A stretch of DNA of 64,000 nt from an uncultured Pseudomonadales bacterium (lineage in GTDB: Bacteria > Pseudomonadota > Gammaproteobacteria > Pseudomonadales > JANQJO01). The notes beneath the pieces were generated by a model, which saw only the letters and a program-made list of their open reading frames with translations, was not told the origin of the DNA and searched no databases. A program made the translations under genes and the position numbers. The stretch lies in contig CAZECE010000042.1 of assembly GCA_964510525.1 (NCBI GenBank), positions 9,272 to 73,271 of the forward strand, given 5' to 3'. Of this stretch, positions 47,539-55,023 are shown piece by piece; positions within the stretch are counted from its first letter, which is position 1; each line of letters begins with the position of its first letter.

Positions 47539-48867
47539 TTATTCCTCTTCACTTTTCTTAGGTTGCAAGGGTTCCAGTGAGAGTTCAGATAAGCCTTTTG
47601 CGACGGGTTTTGGGGTGCTTGGTGTTTTTGGGGTGAGCTTGGCTTGCACGGCTTGTGCAGCCTGTACGGCCGTGTTTTTGATGGAAGGTACTGTTGATGC
47701 TTGAGGTGCTGACGCTTGAGATGGTGTTGATGTTTTAGGGGTTGCGTCAGGTTTTTGAGCCTCTTCATTGGTGGCTTTAGCGGCAGGTGCAGAATTGGCG
47801 GATGGATTTTCGTCTAGGTTGATGCGCAAGCGCAAATTGTTTTTTGAATCCGCATTTTTCAATGCTTCATCTAAGGAGATGCGACCTTGCTTGTAGAGTT
47901 TGTACAATGCGGTATCGAAGGTTTGCATGCCTTGTGCTTCGGATTTCAACATGACTTCTTTAATGGCATCGGGTTCGCCATTCTTAATCAAATCGCACAC
48001 TCTTGGGGTACCCAATAAAATCTCAATCGCCGCGGCTCTTTTGTTATCAATGGTCGGCATCAATCGTTGCGAAATGATGGCTTGCATATTTAAAGACAGG
48101 TCCAAAAATAACTGTTTATGGCGCTCTTCTGGGAAAAAATTCACGATGCGGTCGATCGCTTGGTTGGCGTTGTTGGCGTGTAAAGTTGAAATGCATAAGT
48201 GTCCAGTTTCAGCAAAAGCCAACGCGTGCTCCATGGTTTCAGCGGAGCGGATCTCGCCAATTAAAATAACATCAGGTGCTTGGCGTAGGGTGTTTTCAAG
48301 AGCATCTTCATAGCAATCTGTATCTACACCAACCTCGCGCTGATTGACAATGCACTTTTGATGCTTGTGAACAAATTCGATTGGGTCTTCGATGGTAATG
48401 ATGTGGCCCGCGCTGTTTTTATTTCGGTAATCAATCAACGATGCCAAAGAGGTTGATTTCCCTGAACCTGTGCCACCTACAAACAAAATTAAGCCACGTT
48501 TTTGCATGATTACCTGCAATAATATGTCGGGCAATTTGAGACTGTGAAAGTCTGGAATTTCTGTTTTTATCGCCCGGATAACCATGCTGACTTCGTTGCG
48601 TTGCTTGAAAATATTGACTCGAAATCGCCCGACACCACTGATGCTGATGGCTAGATTGAGTTCGGGTTTATTTTCAAATTGTTGCTTTTGCTCGTCATCT
48701 AAGAGAGCGTATGCCAGTTGGGCTGATTCGCCTTTCTGAAGGGGGGTGTCACTCAATGGCTCCATTTTGCCATAGATTTTGCAGTTGATTGGCGCACCGG
48801 TGCTGACAAAGAGATCGGATCCATCTCGGTCAATCATGATTTTCAGGTATTTTTCAAGTGAATCCAT
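47539..48867 (-). CDS. pilU: PilU-type (PilT family) type IV pilus ATPase with ~70-aa low-complexity C-terminal tail
   Basis: Walker A GGTGSGKST, Walker B DVILIGEIR, His box GHLCISTLHANNA. The C-terminal GMQTFD.AL..LY.....S..EALKNADS.N.LRLRI.L matches PilU rather than PilT, which has the AIRNLIRE motif. About 70 Pro/Ala/Ser/Thr/Lys-rich residues follow. Confidence 0.8.
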   Translation of the reverse strand: MDSLEKYLKIMIDRDGSDLFVSTGAPINCKIYGKMEPLSDTPLQKGESAQLAYALLDDEQKQQFENKPELNLAISISGVGRFRVNIFKQRNEVSMVIRAIKTEIPDFHSLKLPDILLQVIMQKRGLILFVGGTGSGKSTSLASLIDYRNKNSAGHIITIEDPIEFVHKHQKCIVNQREVGVDTDCYEDALENTLRQAPDVILIGEIRSAETMEHALAFAETGHLCISTLHANNANQAIDRIVNFFPEERHKQLFLDLSLNMQAIISQRLMPTIDNKRAAAIEILLGTPRVCDLIKNGEPDAIKEVMLKSEAQGMQTFDTALYKLYKQGRISLDEALKNADSKNNLRLRINLDENPSANSAPAAKATNEEAQKPDATPKTSTPSQASAPQASTVPSIKNTAVQAAQAVQAKLTPKTPSTPKPVAKGLSELSLEPLQPKKSEEE

Positions 48868-48934
48868 AGTGGCGGCCTGCTTGTAGCTTGGGTAATTTCT
48901 TGAGGGATGTTCCGAAAATAGTATAGACGGACTC

Positions 48935-49615
48935 TTAGCTTGAAAGGGTATAAATAACGCCGCTGCACTTTATTCGGTGACTTGGCGTTGCGTACCGATT
49001 TTGTTGGTCGCTAATGCATTGATTAAAGCCTTCCTCAGACCAGTTTTTTCCTGGCGCGGCTATTTGAACCTTGCCTGATAAGGGTTTTCCATCATCATAC
49101 TGTTTGTCAAACAGACTGAAGATACGCAATGGAATGCCGTTACCGGTTAGGATGGCGTTGGTTTCGATATCATCTTGTAAAGAAAAACGCCCGTAACTGA
49201 TGTTGATTCCATGTCCGTAGCCATTATTCAGGCATCGTTTAATGTTGCAGGCGAATTCGTTTTTTTCTACTTCTTTGCCATCGGTATAGGCATCCAGTAG
49301 GCCGCTAAAGTTTAAGTGTTGCCAGAGTTGTCCGCGTTCTTTTTCGGTATTTATTTTGTGGTCCCCATTGCCATTGGTGAGCAAGGAATCAATGTGTGTT
49401 TGCGCATATGCAAAATCACCAGGCATGGCTTTATATTGGTTTTTGAAAGCGTACCAGGCATGCGTGGTGTCTGAAATGAGTTCTGAAAAACGCTGTAGCT
49501 GGGCTTGGGTAATCAGTTGGTAGCCGTAAATGAGGCTGCTGATTAGCATGCCGAATAAACTTAATATAAGGGTGATTTCAGTCGGTGTAATATGGAGTTT
49601 GTGTGCTGCGTTCAT
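48935..49615 (-). CDS. pilin-like protein with non-canonical leader (MNAAHKLH / ITPTEITLILSLFGMLISSLIYGY)
   Basis: I prefer ATG 49615, which forms an ATGA overlap with the upstream stop. A short basic leader is followed by a hydrophobic helix with Thr+2 and Glu+5, but His replaces Gly at -1. The body has NGNGD...W.HL..SGLL and Cys residues, as in many minor pilins. Confidence 0.45.
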   Translation of the reverse strand: MNAAHKLHITPTEITLILSLFGMLISSLIYGYQLITQAQLQRFSELISDTTHAWYAFKNQYKAMPGDFAYAQTHIDSLLTNGNGDHKINTEKERGQLWQHLNFSGLLDAYTDGKEVEKNEFACNIKRCLNNGYGHGINISYGRFSLQDDIETNAILTGNGIPLRIFSLFDKQYDDGKPLSGKVQIAAPGKNWSEEGFNQCISDQQNRYATPSHRIKCSGVIYTLSS

Positions 49616-50196
49616 GGTAACCTGAGTTCTTGGCTTGTTAGCCAAACCAGCTGATCATTAAACACAATGGGGCCTAGGTTAGAAAACTCCTGAAAATTTT
49701 GATTGGCGTTCGCGCCTTCTAAATACAGCGAGAGCATTTTTTTCGCACCATTGGGTTGTGGGGTATTGGCTGATGGGCGTTTTTCTTGACCATTTAATTC
49801 CTGGTGTGGTGCGATGATGACAGCTTTGGCGTTGCCTTGCCCATTGACTGTCAGGGTGTGATTAGGGCTGTAGGCGTACCACAATCGTTCGTTGTGATTG
49901 TCCCTGAGGTCTTTTAAACCAAGCGTTTTAAAGGGCAGCCATCCTATGGTAGATAAGCATTTTTCTTTGAGCGTATCGCTTATGCCATCGTTGTTATCAT
50001 CTGGGCAAGGTAGGTTGTCCGCTTGAGATAGTAAGGCGTTTTTGGCTAGAGTGAGGGCGTTTATACCGTGAAATTTCTTTTGTTTTGGGTGTTGAATAGC
50101 TTGGTATGTTAGATACCCAATGCTGACGCTGCCGATTGTGAACATAACCACGGACAGGTATAAGATATTGAGGGTTTCTTTTGATGGGCTGACCAT
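49612..50196 (-). CDS. membrane-anchored pilin-like/pseudopilin-like protein
   Basis: N-terminal TM helix (ILYLSVVMFTIGSVSIGYL). Motif LPCPDDNNDG......C...GWLPFKTLGL.DLRD...ERLWYAYS resembles motifs I recall from minor-pilin-like proteins. No G/F-T-L-I-E cleavage site. Confidence 0.4.
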   Translation of the reverse strand: MVSPSKETLNILYLSVVMFTIGSVSIGYLTYQAIQHPKQKKFHGINALTLAKNALLSQADNLPCPDDNNDGISDTLKEKCLSTIGWLPFKTLGLKDLRDNHNERLWYAYSPNHTLTVNGQGNAKAVIIAPHQELNGQEKRPSANTPQPNGAKKMLSLYLEGANANQNFQEFSNLGPIVFNDQLVWLTSQELRLP

Positions 50197-50201
50197 TTAT
50201 T

Positions 50202-51359
50202 TTAAAACCTATGACGAAGCTGATCTAAGCGCAATTGCAACACTTCATGAGTAAAACTAGCGGGCTGTTTCTGAGAAAACTGTAAGGCTTTTTTGTAGTG
50301 CAAGTATGCTGGTTTGTATTGTTTTAGGTGTTCAAAGCTGACGCCGATATTAAATAAAATATCTGGGTTATTTGGATTGATCTTTAAAGCTTCTAAAAAA
50401 CTTGCATTGGCGGCAGTCCAGTTGGATTGTTTGGCAAATAAATTACCTTGAGTAAAGAGTAGTAGACTGTGATTTGGGTGAAATGGAATAAGATCTTGAA
50501 TCAGTGTGCTCATCTTTTGAGGATGGACTTGGTTCGCTAATCGAATCAGTGTGTCAATCCCCGTTAAGTCTTTTGGGTATTGTTTTAGGTGTTCTGACAG
50601 TGATTCAAATGCCAATTGATAATAACCTTGAACAATTAACAGGTTGGTGTTCTCAAAGGCATTGTTTGTTGCCGTTTTGGCTTTTTTGGTCGAAATTTTT
50701 GTAAGGCTGAACGGCTTTTTAATCGGTTGTTCAATTGGCTTATCCACTCGTTCAATTACTACTTGGTTTTCTGTGCGGGTTAATGTGTTGTTGGTTGGTG
50801 GTGTTTCCTCGATCGCTTTTGTTTTGGTGAGTGTTTCGTTTTTGGGCTGAGTATTAGGTTGTTTATTAGGTTGTGCTGAGGGTTGCGTTTTAGACTGTAC
50901 TTTGGGTTGTATGTTGTTAAAAGTTTCTTGAGAGAACGCGACTTGTTGGTTTTTAACGCTCGATTGATGTTCAGCTATCTTAGATTCAGTCTTGTTTGTA
51001 GACAGTGAAGGGTCGATAGCAGCATTTTTTGCCAACAAACTAAAAATTAAAATGCACAAACTTAAGATTAGGCCAGAGGTCCAAGCTGCAGACGGGGTTT
51101 TATGACTAACGTGTTGCGTTTGCGTTAAAAATTTTGCCAGTTGACTGCTGTTCTGCAAAGGCGATGGTGATTGTGGGCTGTTGCTGGGGCTTTTTCTTAG
51201 GTTGTGATTGTCGTTATGATTGTGGTTATTTTCTTGTGCTTGCGCGGGCTGTATTTTCTGCCGTATCTTGAGTTTAGGGATCGGAGTGACATGCGCTTTT
51301 TTCAGCGAGTCGGCCTTTTTAGTGGCGGCTTTTTCTAATGCGTTTAACAGGGCACTCAT
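50202..51359 (-). CDS. MshN-like protein: N-terminal cytoplasmic segment, one TM, low-complexity linker, C-terminal TPR repeats
   Basis: Architecture and position immediately after the MshM-like ATPase. N-terminus MSALLNALEKAA resembles MshN (MSVIN.AL..LA). TPR-like C-terminus (A...F.EAL.INPNNPD.LFN.GV..E.L..Y..A...Y..AL). Confidence 0.55.
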   Translation of the reverse strand: MSALLNALEKAATKKADSLKKAHVTPIPKLKIRQKIQPAQAQENNHNHNDNHNLRKSPSNSPQSPSPLQNSSQLAKFLTQTQHVSHKTPSAAWTSGLILSLCILIFSLLAKNAAIDPSLSTNKTESKIAEHQSSVKNQQVAFSQETFNNIQPKVQSKTQPSAQPNKQPNTQPKNETLTKTKAIEETPPTNNTLTRTENQVVIERVDKPIEQPIKKPFSLTKISTKKAKTATNNAFENTNLLIVQGYYQLAFESLSEHLKQYPKDLTGIDTLIRLANQVHPQKMSTLIQDLIPFHPNHSLLLFTQGNLFAKQSNWTAANASFLEALKINPNNPDILFNIGVSFEHLKQYKPAYLHYKKALQFSQKQPASFTHEVLQLRLDQLRHRF

Positions 51360-51377
51360 ACGGCTTTCCTTGGTAAC

Positions 51378-52271
51378 TTAAGCTAACGAGTTGAAGAGTA
51401 GGACCCCGAGACTGAGGTACATGATGCCGATCATGACCCATGGCAAAGCCACCCAGTGAGTCTTTTGCGCTTTTGTGTCTCGTGCGGCTTGGCGAATATC
51501 GTCAGAGTTGATGCTTAATCGGTTATTGGCATAGGCAATGAGCATCGCTTTATCGGCTAATAGGTTGATCTTTCTGGCTAGTCCTTTGGAGTATTTTTGG
51601 ATGGCTTTAGTTGCTGCCTGGTTAAACAGTCCTGGGCCTCGGTAGCCAGATGCTTGCAGTCTGTGATTTAGGTAATGGTTAATGTCTGATTTGGTAAAGG
51701 GTTTTAGATAAAACTGATGATGGATACGGTCTTGCAGCTGCCTGATCTTTGGGGTGCTGAGGTGTTGGTCTAATTCAGGTTGGCCAAATAAGACGATTTG
51801 CAGCAGCTTTGCTTGACCTGTTTCAAGGTTGCTGAGCAAGCGTATTTCTTCCAGTGTTTCTATTGGTACACACTGAGCCTCTTCAATTAATAAAATGACC
51901 TGACGATTTTGAGCATGCTTGACGAGCAGTTGGTGCATCAGGGCTTGCATTAATTTGGCTTTTGGCCAGTGCTCTTGTGCTGGGATATTCATTTCTAAGG
52001 CGATCGTCACCAGCATTTCAATTGGGGGTAAAGAGGGGTTGATGATGTAAATGACATCGGTTGTTCTCGGTAAGCTGTTTGCCAGCATATGACAGAGCAT
52101 GGTTTTGCCTGTGCCAATTTCACCGACGACTTTCACAATGCCAATGCCTTCCTCGAGTGTGAATTTTAGAGCCTCTAAGGCGGCACCTCGTTCGCTACCT
52201 GAAAAAAATAAGGCGGTATCTGGCGTGAGGCGAAAGGGTTGTCTGGCCAAACCAAAGTGTTCCAAGTACAT
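51378..52271 (-). CDS. ExeA/GspA/MshM-like AAA+ ATPase
   Basis: MYLEHFGL...PF...PD..F.F....R..AL..L, Walker A GEIGTGKTMLC, Walker B VILLIEEAQ. C-terminal TM helix and no peptidoglycan-binding domain, as in MshM. Confidence 0.8.
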   Translation of the reverse strand: MYLEHFGLARQPFRLTPDTALFFSGSERGAALEALKFTLEEGIGIVKVVGEIGTGKTMLCHMLANSLPRTTDVIYIINPSLPPIEMLVTIALEMNIPAQEHWPKAKLMQALMHQLLVKHAQNRQVILLIEEAQCVPIETLEEIRLLSNLETGQAKLLQIVLFGQPELDQHLSTPKIRQLQDRIHHQFYLKPFTKSDINHYLNHRLQASGYRGPGLFNQAATKAIQKYSKGLARKINLLADKAMLIAYANNRLSINSDDIRQAARDTKAQKTHWVALPWVMIGIMYLSLGVLLFNSLA

Positions 52272-52433
52272 GACGGCTTCCGTGCGTGAATCAATTAAGG
52301 GTTAGGGAGCCTTATGTGCTGTCAGTCTGATATCCTTATCAGGTATCGCATGCAATACGGCTCCTTTAACAGTATAGACAAGATCTTTTTGAGAGCCTTT
52401 ATGCAGGCATGTTGTTGGCTGTTTCTGTGCTTA

Positions 52434-55004
52434 TTAGCGCATAAGCTGTATTTTTTTGTGTTTGCGTGGCGTTGCAGAAACTGATTGGGCGCGGGAGGAA
52501 GGGCGGAAAGGTAATGATTTATTAGGAATGGCCTGTATGCATTGCATCATCAGTGTGCCTAATTGAGCAAAGCTGGCGGGTTTGTCATATAAAGTGACTG
52601 GCCAACTCAAAGCATCATCTGGAATGTGAGGTTCCTGGATGTGCTCTGGAACAAGAATAACGATGGGGGTATTTTGATAGCACTGAATTTTTTTGATGTC
52701 CTCCAGCAAGTTGGTGACCAAGGATGTGGGCTCTGTGTAATCTAACAAGATTAAATCAAAAGTTGAGCGGGTGTTTTCAGTATGCTCAAGGTTCTGTAAC
52801 GCTTGTCGGCTTGACAGTGCCAGGCTTAAAGGAATATCTAAACTATTCGCTTGTTCAGACATTATGGTTCCGTAGTCTCCTTGGTAGGTCATCAGTAGGG
52901 TCAGTTTATTTCTTAGAACGCTGAAAATGGCTCTATGATCGGTTTCTTCCGATGAATCTTTGCTGACAGGTAACATCAGCTGGTAATGTGTGCCAGCAGG
53001 GATGCTGCTTGAGACGGTAAGCTGCCCTCCCAGTCTTAACAAAATGTCGCGCAGTTTAAAGATCTCTGGGTGATGCGTTTGGTGGTGGTTACTGTTTTTT
53101 GAAGATTCTGCTTGAGTGTTAATAAAATATTGGTTGAGCGTGGTGTTAAAGTCGGCGTTGGAGGGCAGAGTGTCTTCTAAGGAGCAAATCAATTGGATGT
53201 TGTTCTCCATGAACTCGTCGGTTTCGAGTCGCATTTTTAACACGTTATCGATACCGGCCGATCGTTTTAAGCTGTGTTTGGCGAGCTCAATTAATAAAAC
53301 TTCAATGGCTCGGTTTGGGCCTTTTAATTGTGTGACGGTCGTGGGCTTGATTGAGTAAAGCATCTGGGTTTTAGCGTCTTTGGCTTCAATTGATATTTTT
53401 TTAAGGATGTCATGGCCTAGCGTGCGTAAGTTAAATGGGGCTTTTTCATAGAGAGCGGTTTGTTTTTTGTTAGGGGTGTTTGTGTCATTTTGGGTATTAG
53501 GGCCTGAAATAGCGGCAAGGTAATCGACGTTAGCGGTGGAGTTTCTAGAATCAACGCCTGTGTGCGTAAAGAGTGGTGGATTGGATGGGGTGTTTGTTGA
53601 TTTATTCGATTTCTCAATCGACTCCAATTGACCTAGGTGGCTAGCACTTTGGTGTTGCTGATGAAGCTGTTTAAAAAAAATCAATTGCCACAGGCCTAAT
53701 GTCACTACGCTGAGAGCGTGTATTGCTTGAAACAAGGAGGCTTGTTGAATAAAACTAGGCCCCCCTCGCCAATACAGTAAAAATTGAAATAAAGACAGCA
53801 GGCTAAAAATAATAACACTCAAATACTGATCTATTGGGTTTAACAGCGCCAACTTATTTTTGGCTAGATGCTGCTTTGGACCGGTGTTTTGTCTGCGCTT
53901 TTTAAAATAGTCGAAATTAATATGGATGACCCAGAAAAGCAAAAAGCAGGGAATACCTGCCAGCAGAAGGCTAAGACCTGGTTTTTGATGCATGAGGCTT
54001 ATGACAAAAGCTGAGACTATTAGGGTTTGCAGGGCCCACTTGCTGCGACTGGATTGTATAATGTCATTGTTAACTTGTTGGTGGAGGTGTCGATAACTCG
54101 TCACGTACAGTAAGACTAAACTCAGGGCGATCCAAATATCTGTGCTTATGCGTTCTGTTAAGTGTTGCGGTGTGTCGGACATTGGGGTTGCCAAAGTAAC
54201 CATTAATAAGCAATAGCCTGAAAACGCGATGCGTTGCTGAACTAAGGTATTGTGTTTCACGCTAGGCAGTAATTTCCGCATCGACCAGAACAGCAGTAAG
54301 CAGCCTATTGCGGTGATACTCATCCAAACCCATAGCCAAGACAAGCTGGGTTGTGCTGTATTTAAAGCGGTTTGCTCGGTGATATAGAAATGAATGGGGT
54401 GGTGGCTCTCAAGCCTTAAATAAAATAGGGCTTCAGATTTAGGGGCTAATTCTGCTGTAAAAGGTTGTGCTAAAAAGGTGGTGGTATTTTTAAGAGGTAT
54501 GAGTTGGCTGTGTTGGGAGGTTTTATTCAGTTGGAAGAGTTGAGTGGATGAAGGTTGCCAATAATTAAAATGCTGTGAAAATTCGACTGTCTTTGAAGTG
54601 GGGTTTTTGAAGGTTAGCTTCAGCCATATGGGGTAACTGGCCCAACCGAAAGAGAGTTTTGGGGTGTCTGTCGATAGGAATTGCACTTCTTTGAGTTGTT
54701 GTAATAGGGTTTCTGGGGCCGCGTCTGGCTCGGTTTGTTGCATCACATCCAGCCAATAATGGATCGTATAAGCAGGGGTTAACTTTAAATCGGCGGCATG
54801 AGTTGAAGCATCGCTGTTGCTCGTATTGTGTAGCGTGCTGTCTACAGCGGCATGTGCCTGTTGGCTGTGATTATTCTGAATCAAGATGACTTGAATCAAT
54901 GCAATGATCAGGCTGATCCGAAAGGCTTGTAAGACACTAGGCCAAGCAGTTGCAGGTAGATGGCTTGGCCGTGGTGGTTTTTGTAAAGCAATCCAAAACG
55001 TCAT
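52434..55004 (-). CDS. 7TMR-DISM family receptor with degenerate histidine-kinase core and degenerate receiver domain
   Basis: Periplasmic DISMED2-like region (LSFGWASYPIWLKLTFKNPT), then seven predicted TM helices. The H-box position reads YLAAISGPNTQ, with Gly where the phospho-His should be. The HATPase fold lacks N/G1/G2 boxes. The C-terminal REC-like fold has LILLDY and DKP but no acidic pair. Start set to ATG 55004 to avoid overlap with mnmC. Confidence 0.7.
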   Translation of the reverse strand: MTFWIALQKPPRPSHLPATAWPSVLQAFRISLIIALIQVILIQNNHSQQAHAAVDSTLHNTSNSDASTHAADLKLTPAYTIHYWLDVMQQTEPDAAPETLLQQLKEVQFLSTDTPKLSFGWASYPIWLKLTFKNPTSKTVEFSQHFNYWQPSSTQLFQLNKTSQHSQLIPLKNTTTFLAQPFTAELAPKSEALFYLRLESHHPIHFYITEQTALNTAQPSLSWLWVWMSITAIGCLLLFWSMRKLLPSVKHNTLVQQRIAFSGYCLLMVTLATPMSDTPQHLTERISTDIWIALSLVLLYVTSYRHLHQQVNNDIIQSSRSKWALQTLIVSAFVISLMHQKPGLSLLLAGIPCFLLFWVIHINFDYFKKRRQNTGPKQHLAKNKLALLNPIDQYLSVIIFSLLSLFQFLLYWRGGPSFIQQASLFQAIHALSVVTLGLWQLIFFKQLHQQHQSASHLGQLESIEKSNKSTNTPSNPPLFTHTGVDSRNSTANVDYLAAISGPNTQNDTNTPNKKQTALYEKAPFNLRTLGHDILKKISIEAKDAKTQMLYSIKPTTVTQLKGPNRAIEVLLIELAKHSLKRSAGIDNVLKMRLETDEFMENNIQLICSLEDTLPSNADFNTTLNQYFINTQAESSKNSNHHQTHHPEIFKLRDILLRLGGQLTVSSSIPAGTHYQLMLPVSKDSSEETDHRAIFSVLRNKLTLLMTYQGDYGTIMSEQANSLDIPLSLALSSRQALQNLEHTENTRSTFDLILLDYTEPTSLVTNLLEDIKKIQCYQNTPIVILVPEHIQEPHIPDDALSWPVTLYDKPASFAQLGTLMMQCIQAIPNKSLPFRPSSRAQSVSATPRKHKKIQLMR

Positions 55005-55023
55005 GAGGCTCAAGTGTTCGCTT

